A stretch of DNA of 64,000 nucleotides from Candidatus Sulfomarinibacteraceae bacterium (GCA_963796455.1 CAWCLO010000010.1:224001-288000), one strand, 5' to 3'. Positions 30,538-42,019 are shown, numbered from the stretch's first letter. A program made the numbers and translations. Notes: generated by a model not told the origin, from the letters alone.

Positions 30538-31116
30538 GTGAACGATCGTTTGAACTTTGTCGCCATCGTGTTCATCTTTGCTGCCCTGACCGGCTGCGGA
30601 AGCAACGAGGAACCACCGGTTCAGGTCCAGGCGCCAGCCCCCGCGGCGGAAAGCACGGAACAACAATATCGTCACCAACCGGCAGGCCCGATGGGATATC
30701 ACTTCGAGGGACTTCCCGACGGATGGTCCGTGCAATCACAAGAGGGTGATCGGACGATGCTGGTCAGCAATCGCCCGGTGGACACTTGGATCGTGGCTTT
30801 TGTCGAACCCACGATCCTCGGCGACGAGCTTCAGAAAGGGGTCGAGATGCACCGCCGTGATACCGAGAGATCGGAAGGTGGGCGGCACCTGGACAGCGGA
30901 GCGATCGACACGACCCTCGGTCCCGCAATGTGGTCCCTGGCCAGGTTTGACGAGGACGAAGAAATACACGATGAGCTCATCGTTTATGCAGGCCACCCCA
31001 GCGAGTACGCTGCCGTCTCTTTGAGATATGTCTACCCAAGTTCCGAGAGCATCGATCCATCGGCCCGTCTTGTCGAATTGGTCGAGATCCTACAGACGAT
31101 GAAGCCCGGAATCTGA
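30538..31116 (+). CDS. Putative lipoprotein (paralog of 29918-30508)
   Basis: GGAGGAG then GTG; lipobox LTGC; LGPAMWS..DELIVYAGHP..RY motif. Confidence 0.7.
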   Translation: MNDRLNFVAIVFIFAALTGCGSNEEPPVQVQAPAPAAESTEQQYRHQPAGPMGYHFEGLPDGWSVQSQEGDRTMLVSNRPVDTWIVAFVEPTILGDELQKGVEMHRRDTERSEGGRHLDSGAIDTTLGPAMWSLARFDEDEEIHDELIVYAGHPSEYAAVSLRYVYPSSESIDPSARLVELVEILQTMKPGI

Positions 31117-31117
31117 C

Positions 31118-31150
31118 CAAAAAAAAGACGCCGCAGAAACCTGCGGCGTC
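31118..31150 (-). terminator. Rho-independent terminator ending the alpha operon
   Basis: GACGCCGCAG-aaac-CTGCGGCGTC 10-bp stem preceded by A9, i.e. a U-tract on the minus strand. Confidence 0.88.
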
Positions 31151-31174
31151 GGTGATCATATTTCAGGAAGGAAA

Positions 31175-31831
31175 TCAGTCCTTCTTTTCTTCAGTCTCTT
31201 CAGCCGCCTCAGCATCCCCGGCAGGCTCGTCATCAACCGCATCCGCGCTCGATGAGTCCTCGGGCTCCTCAGCCTCCGCAGCAGGCTCAGCCTCGACATT
31301 CTCTGGAGAGGCATCTTCGGCCGGTTCCGCTTCCGCAGCTTTCTCCGCGACGGTTTCTTCAGCTTCCTGAGAGTCTGACTCCGCCTTGGCGCCGCCTCCG
31401 AACATTCCCTTGGCGCGATCCATCAACGACGATTTGCTCGCCGACGAAGAGCCGTCGTCCTCATGATCGGCGAGATCGTAATCGACAAACTCGATGATCG
31501 CCAATTCGGCACCATCGCCGCGCCGGCGACCGAGCCGCATGATGCGGGTGTAACCGCCAGGCCGGTCGGTGAATCTCGGCGCGATCTCATTAAAGAGACG
31601 TCTCACGATGTCCTTGTCAGAAACCATCGTCAGAACCTTACGCCGGGCCGGCAGGGTGCCGGTGCCCGCGAGGGTCACCATTCTCTCTGCCAACGGACGA
31701 AGCTCTTTTGCCTTGGCGAGCGTCGTCACGATCCGTTCGTGGGTGAACAGAGCGGTCAACTGATTGCGAAACATCGCTTTTCGGTGGGCTGTGGTACGGC
31801 CCAGCTTGCGGCCTTGAACTCGGTGTCGCAT
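31175..31831 (-). CDS. rplQ: 50S ribosomal protein L17 with long acidic C-terminal extension
   Basis: MRHRVQGRKLGRTTAHRKAM...RPGGYTRI..RRGDGA. Confidence 0.97.
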   Translation of the reverse strand: MRHRVQGRKLGRTTAHRKAMFRNQLTALFTHERIVTTLAKAKELRPLAERMVTLAGTGTLPARRKVLTMVSDKDIVRRLFNEIAPRFTDRPGGYTRIMRLGRRRGDGAELAIIEFVDYDLADHEDDGSSSASKSSLMDRAKGMFGGGAKAESDSQEAEETVAEKAAEAEPAEDASPENVEAEPAAEAEEPEDSSSADAVDDEPAGDAEAAEETEEKKD

Positions 31832-31847
31832 CGCGGTCTCCCGGTCC

Positions 31848-32810
31848 CTAAAGGTCGAGGTTCATACCGAAACCGAGGCCCATGACCTCGAGCTTCGAGC
31901 GGACCTCTTTGAGGGATTTTTCACCGAAATTGCGGATCTCCACCATCTCCTTCTCGGAGCGGCTGACGAGATCGCGCAGGGTTCGGATATTTGCGTTTTT
32001 CAAACAATTCATCGAACGAATCGAAAGCTCGAGGGTTTCGATCGAGGCGTCGAGGATGCTGTCTTCCTCTACGGGTTCCTCTTCTGCAGCGGGGATGACC
32101 GCCACTTCTTCGACCTCGGCAAGCGATGTGTAGATGTCCATGTGCCCTTGCACGAGCTGGGCTGCCTGGCTGAGTGCTTCTTCGGGTGTGATGGTCCCAT
32201 TGGTCCACACCTCGACCACCAGCCGCTCGTAGTTGGTCATCCGACCGAGCCGCGCCATCTCGACGCGGAAATTCGCCTTACGAACCGGCGAATGCGCCGA
32301 ATCCACCGGGATGAAACCGACATCGAGATCCTCAGTCTGGTTTTCCTCGGCCGGCACATAGCCGCGACCGGGAGCGACCCTGACGGTCATCTGCAACTTG
32401 CCATCGGCCGAAAGGGTCGCGACGTGCACGTCGGGGTCGATGACTTCGACCTGGGTCGAGCCAGCAAACTGGCCGGCTGTGACCTCACCCGGGCCCTTGG
32501 CTTCGAGTGTCAGAAATGTCGGTTCCTGGCCATGGATCTTGAGTGGGATCTTCTTGAGGTTGAGGATGATATCAGTCACATCCTCGACCACGCCCGGCAC
32601 TGCCGAGAACTCGTGGTCGGCGCCCTCGATCTTGACGGCGGTGATCGCCGCGGATGGAATCGAGGACAAGAGTGCCCTTCTCAGGGCGTTGCCCAGGGTC
32701 GTTCCCCATCCTCGCTCGAACGGTTGTGCGAGAAATCGGGAAAACTGGGGTGTGTGTGTATCTTCTTCCGGCTGCGCCTGCGCCGGACGTTGGAAATCCT
32801 GCCAGATCAT
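31848..32810 (-). CDS. rpoA: RNA polymerase alpha subunit
   Basis: PFERGWGTTLGNALRRALLSS; LELSIRSMNCLK; NFGEKSL. Confidence 0.98.
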   Translation of the reverse strand: MIWQDFQRPAQAQPEEDTHTPQFSRFLAQPFERGWGTTLGNALRRALLSSIPSAAITAVKIEGADHEFSAVPGVVEDVTDIILNLKKIPLKIHGQEPTFLTLEAKGPGEVTAGQFAGSTQVEVIDPDVHVATLSADGKLQMTVRVAPGRGYVPAEENQTEDLDVGFIPVDSAHSPVRKANFRVEMARLGRMTNYERLVVEVWTNGTITPEEALSQAAQLVQGHMDIYTSLAEVEEVAVIPAAEEEPVEEDSILDASIETLELSIRSMNCLKNANIRTLRDLVSRSEKEMVEIRNFGEKSLKEVRSKLEVMGLGFGMNLDL

Positions 32811-32822
32811 GCGCCCTCCACC

Positions 32823-33452
32823 TTATCGAGAGTAGAGCTCGACAATGAGCTGCTCCTGGATCGGGAAACGAATATCTTCGCGGACCGGGTTTTCTAAGAC
32901 CTTGCCCATGAAATTTGCGGAATCAACCTCGAGCCACGACGGAATTCCACGGCCTTGAGCAAACTCCACGGCTTCGCCGATCTGAGTATTCTCTTGGCTC
33001 TTCTTTTTGACGCCTACTTCCATCCCCGGTCGAACGCGGAAGGAAGGGATATCCACCCGCCGCCCGTCGACCTGGATATGACCGTGACGGACCAGCTGCC
33101 GAGCCTGAGTCCGTGAGGTCGCAAACCCGAGCGAGAACACGACGTTGTCGAGCCTCAACTCAAGCAACTGGAGGAGGTTTTCACCCGTCACACCTTTGCG
33201 ACGGTTGGCCTCCGAAAATGTGCGGTGGAACTGGCCCTCGAGCACACCATAGATGCGCCGCAGCTTCTGCTTTTCGCGAAGCTGAAGACCGTAAGCCCGA
33301 ACCTTGCGGCGGCGACCCATCCCATGCTGACCGGGAGGGGCGTTGCGACGCTCGATCGCACACTTTTCCTTGTAACAGCGCTCGCCCTTGAGGAACAACT
33401 TCATTCCCTCACGACGGCACAAACGACAGACAGGACCTCTGTACCTTGCCAT
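32823..33452 (-). CDS. rpsD: 30S ribosomal protein S4
   Basis: [16 protein letters not shown]...LELRLDNVV...LIVELYSR. Confidence 0.98.
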   Translation of the reverse strand: MARYRGPVCRLCRREGMKLFLKGERCYKEKCAIERRNAPPGQHGMGRRRKVRAYGLQLREKQKLRRIYGVLEGQFHRTFSEANRRKGVTGENLLQLLELRLDNVVFSLGFATSRTQARQLVRHGHIQVDGRRVDIPSFRVRPGMEVGVKKKSQENTQIGEAVEFAQGRGIPSWLEVDSANFMGKVLENPVREDIRFPIQEQLIVELYSR

Positions 33453-33460
33453 CTCGTCTC

Positions 33461-33856
33461 CTATACCCTGCGCCGCTTGCGCGGACGGCACCCGTTGTGC
33501 GGAATCGGGGTCACGTCCCGTATGCTCTTGATGTCGAGGCCCGCGGCTGCCACGGCTCGAATCGCAGACTCGCGACCCGGTCCGGGGCCGGTGACCCGAA
33601 CGTCAACTGACCGGACACCGTGGTCCTGGGCCTGTTCGGCGGCACTCTTGGCGGCCAACTGGGCCGCATAGGGTGTTCCTTTGCGCGAACCCTTGTAGCC
33701 GATACGGCCACCGGAGGACCAGCACAGGGTCCCACCGCTCGGATCCGAAAAGGACACGATCGTATTGTTGAAGGTGGCGTGGATATTGGTCACCGCGTGG
33801 GGAACGTTCTTCTTTTCCCGACGGGCCTTGCGACCACCTTTTTTCTCGTTGGCCAT
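33461..33856 (-). CDS. rpsK: 30S ribosomal protein S11
   Basis: [26 protein letters not shown]. Confidence 0.98.
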   Translation of the reverse strand: MANEKKGGRKARREKKNVPHAVTNIHATFNNTIVSFSDPSGGTLCWSSGGRIGYKGSRKGTPYAAQLAAKSAAEQAQDHGVRSVDVRVTGPGPGRESAIRAVAAAGLDIKSIRDVTPIPHNGCRPRKRRRV

Positions 33857-33900
33857 TCTGCTTCTCCTGCTCGCTGGTTACCGTACCTCGAGGGTACTCA

Positions 33901-34284
33901 TTACTTCTTGGCGACTTGTTTCTTACCGGCCACCGCTTGCCGACGGGGTCCTTTACGGCCCCGGGCATTGGTGTGGGTTCTCTGACCCCGCACCGGTAGT
34001 CCGCGACGGTGGCGCATTCCGCGATAGCTGCCAATTTCGATCAGTCGCTTGATGTTCATCGCGACTTCTCGGCGGAGATCACCCTCGACGCCGCCCTCGT
34101 TCTGGATCACCTGCGAGATCCTGAGAACTTCGTCCTCGGAAAGATCTTTGACTTTGATGCCTTCATCGACCTTGGCGGTCGCGAGGATCGTTTTTGCTCG
34201 GGTACGGCCGATACCGTAGATATAGGTCAACCCAATCTCAACCCGTTTGCCCGAAGGCAGATCAACACCTGCGATACGTGCCAC
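33901..34284 (-). CDS. rpsM: 30S ribosomal protein S13
   Basis: ARIAGVDLP...[22 protein letters not shown]. Confidence 0.98.
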   Translation of the reverse strand: MARIAGVDLPSGKRVEIGLTYIYGIGRTRAKTILATAKVDEGIKVKDLSEDEVLRISQVIQNEGGVEGDLRREVAMNIKRLIEIGSYRGMRHRRGLPVRGQRTHTNARGRKGPRRQAVAGKKQVAKK

Positions 34285-34299
34285 CCCTTACCTCCTCGT

Positions 34300-34413
34300 T
34301 CAGCCCTGGCGCTGCTTGTGCTTCGGGTTCTCGCAGATCACCCGGACCACGCCCTTACGACGGACGATTTTGCATTTCGCACACATTCTCTTGACCGATG
34401 GACGAACTTTCAT
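34300..34413 (-). CDS. rpmJ: 50S ribosomal protein L36 (Zn-binding form; absent from the ORF track)
   Basis: Manual translation [37 protein letters not shown]. Confidence 0.97.
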   Translation of the reverse strand: MKVRPSVKRMCAKCKIVRRKGVVRVICENPKHKQRQG

Positions 34414-34423
34414 CGTCGCCCTC

Positions 34424-34642
34424 CTACTTGTAGCGGTACACGATGCGACCCCTCTTCAAATCGTATGGAGAGAGTTCGACCAGCACCTTGTCGCCCGGAA
34501 GAATGCGAATGAAATGTTTCCGCATTTTTCCGGATATGTGAGCTAATACCCCATGCCCGTTTTCCAACTCGACGCGAAACATTGCGTTGGGCAGGGGTTC
34601 TACGACCGTGGCCACCACTTCGATGGCCTCTTCCTTAGGCAT
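34424..34642 (-). CDS. infA: Translation initiation factor IF-1
   Basis: [30 protein letters not shown]. Confidence 0.98.
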   Translation of the reverse strand: MPKEEAIEVVATVVEPLPNAMFRVELENGHGVLAHISGKMRKHFIRILPGDKVLVELSPYDLKRGRIVYRYK

Positions 34643-35399
34643 TCAATGACTCCTCGGAACCGAGCACACGTGGACCGTCAGCGGTGACCGCCACCGAGCA
34701 CTCAAAATGGGCTGCGAGTCTACCGTCTTCCGTCCTTGCTGTCCAGCCATCATCGTCAATTCGCACCCGCCAACTCCCTCCGGTGATCATCGGTTCGATT
34801 GCAATCACCAGACCGGGTTTGAGGCGTTGACCATGACCGGCCTTGCCATAGTTCGGAACCTGCGGCTCCTCGTGCAGCGCTCGTCCAATACCGTGACCGA
34901 CAAACTCCCGGACCACACCGAATCCGGCGCCTTCGGCCCGCCGCTGGACCGCGGCACCTACGTCTCCGAGCCTGGCGTCAGGGGCCACAACGGCCACCGC
35001 ATCTTCGAGGCACTGGCGAGTGACATCCATCAACCGCCGCGCCTCCGCGCTGACTTCGCCGATTCCGAAGCTGATCGCGGCATCACCATAGAAGCCGTCG
35101 AGCAGGACCCCGCAATCAACACTGACCAGATCTCCAATTTTGAAAACAGCTGCGGCGCTCGGGATTCCGTGGACGATGACATCGTTGATCGAAGTGCATA
35201 GAGTGGCTGGAAAACCGCGGTAGCCCTTGAATGCCGGTACGCCGCCATCCGCCCGAATCATCTCTTCGGCGATCTCGTCGAGATCCTTGGTCGACACACC
35301 CGGCGCCGCCACCTGTTCGACAGCTCTCAGGACCCGGTGCACCAGGCGATTGGCCCGGTCCATGGTCTCGAGCTCACGGTCCGACTTCAGGCAGATCAT
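34635..35399 (-). CDS. map: Methionine aminopeptidase type I
   Basis: [41 protein letters not shown]. Confidence 0.96.
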   Translation of the reverse strand: MICLKSDRELETMDRANRLVHRVLRAVEQVAAPGVSTKDLDEIAEEMIRADGGVPAFKGYRGFPATLCTSINDVIVHGIPSAAAVFKIGDLVSVDCGVLLDGFYGDAAISFGIGEVSAEARRLMDVTRQCLEDAVAVVAPDARLGDVGAAVQRRAEGAGFGVVREFVGHGIGRALHEEPQVPNYGKAGHGQRLKPGLVIAIEPMITGGSWRVRIDDDGWTARTEDGRLAAHFECSVAVTADGPRVLGSEESLNA

Positions 35400-35974
35400 A
35401 CGCTCACCGGTGCCGCGATCGCTTCGAAGATCTCATTGTTGACGTCGTCGATGCTGCGATCACCATGAATCACAACCAGCTGTTCGCGATCGCGATAGGC
35501 CTCGATCAGCGGCCCGCTCTCCGAGCGATAGGTCGTGAGACGCTGCCGAATCGTCTCCGGCGAGTCGTTCTTCCGACCGCCGACGCGGCTCACCACCACC
35601 TCGTCCGGCACATCCAGAAGCACGACCCTCTCGATGCCACGACCAAGCTCCGCGAGCACTCCGTCGAGGAGCGCTGCCTGTTCGAGATTCAGCGGAAATC
35701 CGTCGAGAACAAACCCACGTGCGCAATCTTCGGCATCCAAGCGTTGCAGCACCCGGGCGGCGACCAGCCGGTCGTTGACGGCTTCGCCACGGGAGAATTC
35801 CACTTCAGCCTCTCGACCCATGGTCGTTCCCCGCTCGATCTCGTCCCGCAGCATGTCTCCGGTCGAGATATGCGGCACCTGGTAGCGCTCACTCAGAAGC
35901 GCTGCCTGGGTCCCTTTTCCCGAGCCCGGAGGGCCGATCAGGACGATATTGAGGCTTGAGAACGGAGGACTCAC
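35396..35974 (-). CDS. adk: Adenylate kinase, short-LID type
   Basis: GPPGSGKGTQA, HISTGDMLR, LDGFP; position after secY. Confidence 0.92.
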   Translation of the reverse strand: MSPPFSSLNIVLIGPPGSGKGTQAALLSERYQVPHISTGDMLRDEIERGTTMGREAEVEFSRGEAVNDRLVAARVLQRLDAEDCARGFVLDGFPLNLEQAALLDGVLAELGRGIERVVLLDVPDEVVVSRVGGRKNDSPETIRQRLTTYRSESGPLIEAYRDREQLVVIHGDRSIDDVNNEIFEAIAAPVSV

Positions 35975-37359
35975 CCGCGCCTCCCGCGCACCCGTCCGCG
36001 GCGCATGAAACCGTCATAGTGCCGCATCACGAGCTGCGATTCGATCTGGTTGACGGTATCCATCGCCACACCGACCACGATCAGCAGCGAGGTGCCGCCG
36101 AAGAAGAACTTGACGCCGAGGCCCTGCGTGAACCACGCCGGCAAGAACGCATCGAGAGTCGGTCCGATCATCGGGATCGTCGCCACCTTGAAACCGGCGA
36201 TCAGAATATTCGGCAGGATCGCCACCACCGCGAGGTAGATCGCGCCGACCAGAGTCATTCGAGTCAGGATTTTGTCGATGAATTCGGCGGTCCGTTTGCC
36301 GGGTCGAATCCCGGGGATGAATCCACCGTACTTGCGCATGTTCTCCGCTGTGTCTTCCGGGTTGAAAATAATCGACGTGTAGAAGTAACAGAAGAAAACG
36401 ATGGCCAGGAAGTAGACCAGGTTGTACATCGGCTCGCCCCAGGCAAGGGCCTCGGTGATCTTCTGCAACCAGCGGTTGTCGATCATCTGGCCGAGGGTCT
36501 GAGGAAAGGACATGATCGACGCGGCGAAGATGACCGGGATCACACCGCCGGTGTTGAGCCGCAACGGGAGATAGGTGCTCTGGCCGCCATAGACCTTTCG
36601 TCCGACAACCCGTTTCGCGTACTGGATCGGTATGCGTCGTTGGGCGCGTTCCATATACACGATTGCAGCCACGACCAGGATCATGAATACGATCAGGATG
36701 ACTACCGTGATGATATTCAGAGTACCGGTCTGAACATCGGTGATGGTGTTGAATATCGCTCCCGGCAAACCAACCACGATGCCGGCAAAGATGATCAGCG
36801 AGATGCCGTTGCCGATGCCGCGCTCAGAGATTTGTTCGCCAAGCCACATCACGAAAGCCGTACCGGTCGTCAGAGTCAACACGGTTACAAAACGGAAGCC
36901 CCAGCCCTGGAGGTTTTCCGGGACCAAAAGGGCCCCTCCCGGCGCCGAAGTGCGCTCGAGGAAGAACGAGATTCCCATGCCCTGAATGACCGACAGCACG
37001 ATGGTGCCGTAGCGGGTGTACTGGGTGATCTTACGCCGACCCAACTCTCCTTCTTTGGAGAGTTTCTCGAGATAGGGCCAGACCACCGTCAGGAGCTGCA
37101 GGATAATCGATGCCGAAATGTAGGGCATGATCCCCAGAGCAAAGACCGTCATCCGACCCAGCGCACCACCCGAGAACAGGTTCAGGAATCCCAGGACCGT
37201 TCCCTCGGCGGCTTTCGTAAACTCGGCGATAGCCACCGGGTCGATGCCCGGAATCGGGATGAAGGAACCCAGCCGATACACCGCCAGCAGCGCAAAGGTG
37301 AATGCCAGGCGATTGCGGAGATCCGGTATCGCGAAGATATTGCGAAAACTGTCGATCAC
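35971..37359 (-). CDS. secY: Preprotein translocase SecY
   Basis: [40 protein letters not shown]. Confidence 0.98.
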   Translation of the reverse strand: MIDSFRNIFAIPDLRNRLAFTFALLAVYRLGSFIPIPGIDPVAIAEFTKAAEGTVLGFLNLFSGGALGRMTVFALGIMPYISASIILQLLTVVWPYLEKLSKEGELGRRKITQYTRYGTIVLSVIQGMGISFFLERTSAPGGALLVPENLQGWGFRFVTVLTLTTGTAFVMWLGEQISERGIGNGISLIIFAGIVVGLPGAIFNTITDVQTGTLNIITVVILIVFMILVVAAIVYMERAQRRIPIQYAKRVVGRKVYGGQSTYLPLRLNTGGVIPVIFAASIMSFPQTLGQMIDNRWLQKITEALAWGEPMYNLVYFLAIVFFCYFYTSIIFNPEDTAENMRKYGGFIPGIRPGKRTAEFIDKILTRMTLVGAIYLAVVAILPNILIAGFKVATIPMIGPTLDAFLPAWFTQGLGVKFFFGGTSLLIVVGVAMDTVNQIESQLVMRHYDGFMRRGRVRGRRG

Positions 37360-37805
37360 GACGTCACCATCTGGCAGCTACCACCGGCCTTTTCGATCCC
37401 CGACCGTGCGCCCGCGGAAAACTTGTGCGCCTGGACTTCGAGTTTCTTTTTCAGATCGCCGTCGCCGAGCACTTTGATCGGCAGTTTGCCGTTGCGAACC
37501 AACCCCTTCGCCACCAGGGTCTCGGGAGAAACCGTGTCGCCGTTGGCGAACACCCGCTCGAGATCGCGGAGGTTCACAACCTGGAACTCGACCCGGAAGA
37601 TATTTGTGAAACCGCGTTTGGGGATCCGGCGAACGAGCGGCATCTGGCCACCCTCGAAACCGTAACGCCGCGAATAACCGCTGCGCGATTTCTGGCCCTT
37701 GTGTCCCTTGCCGGCGGTCTTGCCGTTGCCCGATCCCGGGCCGCGACCGACCCGCTTGCGGGCCTTCGTGGCACCTTTTGCCGGGTGCAGATCATGAAGT
37801 TCCAT
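37356..37805 (-). CDS. rplO: 50S ribosomal protein L15
   Basis: [29 protein letters not shown]. Confidence 0.98.
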   Translation of the reverse strand: MELHDLHPAKGATKARKRVGRGPGSGNGKTAGKGHKGQKSRSGYSRRYGFEGGQMPLVRRIPKRGFTNIFRVEFQVVNLRDLERVFANGDTVSPETLVAKGLVRNGKLPIKVLGDGDLKKKLEVQAHKFSAGARSGIEKAGGSCQMVTS

Positions 37806-37808
37806 GAC

Positions 37809-38351
37809 TCAGTCCTCCAGTTCCTCGACCGAGACCAGATGCGTGACCTTGGCGATCATGCCGCGAATCGGCGGATCGTCGTGGCGGGTCACGGAGCGGC
37901 CGATTCGGCCGAGCCCGAGCCCCTGAAGCACGAGCGTCTGTTTCCGTGCATACCCGATCTGGCTTCGCACCTGAGTGATTTTGAGTGTTGCTTTCTTTTT
38001 CGCCGCCGCTTTTTTCTTCTTCGGCGCTGCGACTTCCGTTTTTTCGGCAGCCGCCTTCGGTGCGGCCTTCGGTGCGGACTTCTTCTCCAAAACGGCCGTT
38101 TCTGCCGCCGGTTTTGCAGCAGCCTTTTTCTTCGGGGCCGCCTTCTTGGTTGCCGGCTTCTTCGCAGCAGGCTTCTTCGCGGCAGCTTCTTTCTTCGGAG
38201 CCGCCTTTTTCGCCGCTGCCGGCTTTTTCTCGGCCTTTGCCGCCGTGGCCGCCTTCTTCGGGGCCGCTTTCTTGGCCGCCGGTTTCTTTGCCGCCGCCTT
38301 CTTGGTCTCCTTTTTCTCGGTGACCTCGGTTTCTTTCTTTTCTGCGGTCAT
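37809..38351 (-). CDS. rpmD: 50S ribosomal protein L30 with about 120-aa Lys/Ala/Pro-rich N-terminal extension
   Basis: C-terminal [11 protein letters not shown]...LGL...[12 protein letters not shown]; lies between rpsE and rplO. Confidence 0.93.
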   Translation of the reverse strand: MTAEKKETEVTEKKETKKAAAKKPAAKKAAPKKAATAAKAEKKPAAAKKAAPKKEAAAKKPAAKKPATKKAAPKKKAAAKPAAETAVLEKKSAPKAAPKAAAEKTEVAAPKKKKAAAKKKATLKITQVRSQIGYARKQTLVLQGLGLGRIGRSVTRHDDPPIRGMIAKVTHLVSVEELED

Positions 38352-38959
38352 CAGCTCTTACCTTCCTCGACGGCAGCCTCGGCTGCTTCGACCACCGGGG
38401 CTGCTTCGACCACCGGGGCCGCTTCAACCTCGACCTCGACGGCCGGCTCGGGGGCGGCTTCAGCTTCAGCTTCCGCCTCGCCCCCGACTTCCACTCCACG
38501 AAGTCGCTGCACCTGTTTGCTGGTCATCAGACGATCGATCGCGTCAAAGGTGGCGCGCACGACGTTGAATGGATTTCTGCTGCCGACGATTTTCGTCAGG
38601 ACATCCGCAACACCGGCCGACTCCATAACGGCGCGAACGCCGCCGCCGGCGATAACGCCGGTACCGGGCGAAGCGGGTCGAAGGAGTACTCTGGTCGCAC
38701 CCCAACGCCCCCACACCAGATGCGGGACCGTACCACCAACCATTGGGATACTGATCATTTCTTTCCGCGCCTGCTCACTGGCCTTTTGGATCGCGGGCGG
38801 CACTTCACGTGCTTTCCCCGTACCGTAGCCAACCTTGCCGGATCCGTCCCCGGCAACGACCACGGCGGAAAAGGAAAAGTTCTTACCGCCTTTGACGACC
38901 TTGGCAACTCGGTTGATGTGAACGACTGTTTCAGCGAATTCGCTCTCTCGGTTCATCAT
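38351..38959 (-). CDS. rpsE: 30S ribosomal protein S5 with acidic tail
   Basis: [27 protein letters not shown]. Confidence 0.97.
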   Translation of the reverse strand: MMNRESEFAETVVHINRVAKVVKGGKNFSFSAVVVAGDGSGKVGYGTGKAREVPPAIQKASEQARKEMISIPMVGGTVPHLVWGRWGATRVLLRPASPGTGVIAGGGVRAVMESAGVADVLTKIVGSRNPFNVVRATFDAIDRLMTSKQVQRLRGVEVGGEAEAEAEAAPEPAVEVEVEAAPVVEAAPVVEAAEAAVEEGKS

Positions 38960-38971
38960 GATCTGCAACCC

Positions 38972-39331
38972 CTAGAACTTCAGGCCCGCTTCGCGGGCCC
39001 CGTCCGCAATCGCGCGAATTACGCCGTGGTAGCGGAATCCGCCACGGTCGAAGACGACTGCTTCGACACCTTTTTCTTTGGCCCGCTCGGCAACCAACTT
39101 GCCGAGAGCCTTCCCGGCCTCGCAATTGCCGGTGCTGCCGGAAGCAGCCTGCTCAAGGGTCGAGGCCGAAACGACCGTCACACCCTGCTCATCGTCAATC
39201 ACCTGGGCATAGACATGCCGCAGACTTCTGAACACGGACAACCGAGGACGGTCGGCGGTGCCAAGAACACCTGCGCGGAACCGACGCCTGATCTTCGTCC
39301 GACGCTGTTTACGATCTTGAACCCGGCTCAT
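38972..39331 (-). CDS. rplR: 50S ribosomal protein L18
   Basis: [21 protein letters not shown]. Confidence 0.98.
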   Translation of the reverse strand: MSRVQDRKQRRTKIRRRFRAGVLGTADRPRLSVFRSLRHVYAQVIDDEQGVTVVSASTLEQAASGSTGNCEAGKALGKLVAERAKEKGVEAVVFDRGGFRYHGVIRAIADGAREAGLKF

Positions 39332-39873
39332 GCTGTCGCTCCCTGCTTCCCGGCCTTGGTCCGGACTCTCTCGTCTGAATAACGGATGCCCTTGCCCTTG
39401 TAGGGCTCGGGGGGCCTGAGGCGGCGAATTTCGGCCGCGATCTGACCGACCTGTTGCCGGTCGATACCCTTCACGGTCACGATGTTCGCCTTGCCGTCGA
39501 CTTCGATTTCGATCCCGTCCGGAACCTTGAAATCAATTGGATGCGAGTATCCGAGATTGAAGATGACGTTCTTGCCCTGGCTCTCGGCACGGTAGCCGAT
39601 GCCAACGATCTCGAGCGACTTCGACCATCCCTCCGACACACCGGCCGTGGCGTTGGCTAGAAGTGCCCTCACCAGCCCGTGGAAGGAGCGGGTCGCAGCC
39701 TCTTCGTCGGCACGATTCACCGTCAGAACACCATCGTCCATTGCAGCCGTGACACCGGGCAGGAGACCAACCTGAAGCTGGCCCTTCGGTCCCTTGACCG
39801 TGACCACCTCGTCGGCGATCGAAACATCGACGCCTTTCGGCATCGGGATCGGCATTTTTCCTATACGTGACAT
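39328..39873 (-). CDS. rplF: 50S ribosomal protein L6
   Basis: [22 protein letters not shown]. Confidence 0.98.
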   Translation of the reverse strand: MSRIGKMPIPMPKGVDVSIADEVVTVKGPKGQLQVGLLPGVTAAMDDGVLTVNRADEEAATRSFHGLVRALLANATAGVSEGWSKSLEIVGIGYRAESQGKNVIFNLGYSHPIDFKVPDGIEIEVDGKANIVTVKGIDRQQVGQIAAEIRRLRPPEPYKGKGIRYSDERVRTKAGKQGATA

Positions 39874-39881
39874 ATCGCCCC

Positions 39882-40280
39882 CTACCAGACCTCACACAGG
39901 ACTTCGCCACCCACGCGCAGGCCTCGAGCCTGCTCGTCTGTGAGAACGCCCCGGTTCGTCGAGATCACTGCCACACCGAGGCCGTTTCGGACCTTGGGCA
40001 GCGCGTCCACTCCGCGGTATATCCTGCAACCAGGACGTGAGACACGCTGCAGCCCGTGAATCACCGGCTCGCCGTCTTCGGAGTACTTGAGATAGATACG
40101 GATCGTTCCCTGGGGACCTTCTTCGATCACCTTGAAGGTGCGAATATAGCCCTCCTGTTTGAGAATCTTGGCGACCTCGAGCTTCATCTTCGAAGCCGGC
40201 ACATCGGTGCGATCGTGCCGCACCGTGGTCGCGTTGCGGATCCGTGTCAAAAGATCGGAAATCGGGTCAGTCATACTCAT
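39882..40280 (-). CDS. rpsH: 30S ribosomal protein S8
   Basis: MSMTDPISDLLTRIRNA, SRPGCRIY, GGEVLCEVW. Confidence 0.98.
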   Translation of the reverse strand: MSMTDPISDLLTRIRNATTVRHDRTDVPASKMKLEVAKILKQEGYIRTFKVIEEGPQGTIRIYLKYSEDGEPVIHGLQRVSRPGCRIYRGVDALPKVRNGLGVAVISTNRGVLTDEQARGLRVGGEVLCEVW

Positions 40281-40290
40281 GATCGACTCC

Positions 40291-40476
40291 TCACCAGCTC
40301 GCCTTGGTGACTCCGGGGAGAAAGCCCTCGAGAGCCAACTTCCGGAAGCACACCCTGCACAGCTGGAATTTGCGCATGAAACCACGTGGTCGGCCACAGA
40401 CCCGACAACGGTTGCGCTGGCGAACCTTAAACTTCGGCTTTTTCAAGCTTTTTGCGATCATTGCCTTGCGTGCCAC
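40291..40476 (-). CDS. rpsN: 30S ribosomal protein S14, type Z
   Basis: 61 aa; CRVCGR..LCRVCFR. Confidence 0.97.
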   Translation of the reverse strand: MARKAMIAKSLKKPKFKVRQRNRCRVCGRPRGFMRKFQLCRVCFRKLALEGFLPGVTKASW

Positions 40477-40484
40477 GATGCCTC

Positions 40485-41027
40485 CTAACGGCTCTTGAAC
40501 GGCATGCCCATGCCGGCCAGAAGCGTGCGCGCCTGGTCATCGGTGGGAGCCGTCGTGGTGATGGTGATATTCATGCCCATGGTGCCTTCCACCTTCTGGT
40601 AATCGACCTCGGGGAAGACCAGAATGTCGCGGATACCAAGCGTGTAGTTTCCGCGGCCATCAAAAGCGTTGGGCGAGATACCGCGAAAGTCACGCACACG
40701 CGGCAGGCCGATGGAGATCAAACGGTCGAGGAACTCGTACATTCTCTCCCGCCGCAGGGTCACCCTGGCCCCGACCGGCATCCCCTCACGCAGCTTGAAC
40801 GCAGCGATTGATTTGCGTGCTTTACGCATCTCGGGCAGCTGGCCGGTGATATTGGCAAGTTGCTCCATCGCCGTGTCGAGCAGTTTGGCGTTGCGGCTTG
40901 CTTCACCGACGCCGATGTTGCAGGTGATCTTCGTGATCTTCGGAACCTGCATTGGATTGGTCAGCCCAAAGTCCTTCTGGAGCTGCGGGAAGACCTCCTT
41001 ACGATACGTTTCTATCAAGCGCGCCAT
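40485..41027 (-). CDS. rplE: 50S ribosomal protein L5
   Basis: [24 protein letters not shown]. Confidence 0.98.
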   Translation of the reverse strand: MARLIETYRKEVFPQLQKDFGLTNPMQVPKITKITCNIGVGEASRNAKLLDTAMEQLANITGQLPEMRKARKSIAAFKLREGMPVGARVTLRRERMYEFLDRLISIGLPRVRDFRGISPNAFDGRGNYTLGIRDILVFPEVDYQKVEGTMGMNITITTTAPTDDQARTLLAGMGMPFKSR

Positions 41028-41035
41028 CGTCCCTC

Positions 41036-41356
41036 CTAACGGTCGAGAATCGCGCCGTCGACCTTGGCAACGCGGACCTTTCGTCCGTCGTCCAGCACCT
41101 GCATACCGATCCGGGAGCGCTGACCGCTGTCCGGAGAAATAACCATCACATTCGAGACATGAACGGCTGCCTCGCGCTCCACGACCCCACCCTTGACGTT
41201 TTTCTGCGGGTTGGGCCGGGTGTGGCGCTTGATCATGTTCACGCCCTCGATAACCAAGCGCTCCCGATTGCGGTCTATCACGAGCACCCGACCCCTTTTA
41301 CCGGCGTCCTTGCCCGAGATGACCTCGACGTTGTCACCTTTTTTGATCTTCATCAT
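41036..41356 (-). CDS. rplX: 50S ribosomal protein L24
   Basis: [24 protein letters not shown]. Confidence 0.98.
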   Translation of the reverse strand: MMKIKKGDNVEVISGKDAGKRGRVLVIDRNRERLVIEGVNMIKRHTRPNPQKNVKGGVVEREAAVHVSNVMVISPDSGQRSRIGMQVLDDGRKVRVAKVDGAILDR

Positions 41357-41362
41357 CCGCTC

Positions 41363-41734
41363 CTACAGGACCTCTGGGGCCAACGAGACAATCTTCATGA
41401 ATCGTTTTTCGCGCAGCTCACGGGCCACCGGGCCAAAGACCCGGGTACCGATCGGCTCGCGCTCGGTGTTGATCAACACCGCCGCATTTTCGTCAAAACG
41501 AATGTAGGAACCATCGCGCCGACGGGCACGATTGCGGGTCCTCACGATCACCGCTTTGACGACGGTGCCTTTTTTGATTTCCGATTCCGGCGCCGCCTCT
41601 TTGACCGTGCACACGATGAGGTCACCGAGACCGGCGGTTCGGGGGGCGGCGGAGCCGCCGACCTGGCGGATCGCCTCCAGCCTGCGTGCGCCGGAATTGT
41701 CTGCCACCAAGAGCGAAGTTCCCATCTGGATCAT
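41363..41734 (-). CDS. rplN: 50S ribosomal protein L14
   Basis: [26 protein letters not shown]. Confidence 0.98.
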   Translation of the reverse strand: MIQMGTSLLVADNSGARRLEAIRQVGGSAAPRTAGLGDLIVCTVKEAAPESEIKKGTVVKAVIVRTRNRARRRDGSYIRFDENAAVLINTEREPIGTRVFGPVARELREKRFMKIVSLAPEVL

Positions 41735-41749
41735 TGCTCGACCTCCCGA

Positions 41750-42019
41750 CTACTGAGCCCGCTCGATGACTTTGCAGATCCGCCACCGTTTGCGCTTGGA
41801 AAGGGGACGGCACTCCTCGATGAGTACCCGGTCACCGTTGTTGCACGTGTTTTCTTCGTCGTGCGCCATGAACTTCGAGGTCGTTCGCACGAACTTCGAG
41901 TACAGGGGGTGCATGATGAGGTTCTCGACCTTGACCACAACCGACTTGTCCGCCGAGTTCGAGGTCACGACTCCGACCTTGGTGGTCTTACGGGAAGCTG
42001 TTTCGGGGCTGCTCATCAC
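41750..42019 (-). CDS. rpsQ: 30S ribosomal protein S17
   Basis: [23 protein letters not shown]. Confidence 0.97.
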   Translation of the reverse strand: MMSSPETASRKTTKVGVVTSNSADKSVVVKVENLIMHPLYSKFVRTTSKFMAHDEENTCNNGDRVLIEECRPLSKRKRWRICKVIERAQ

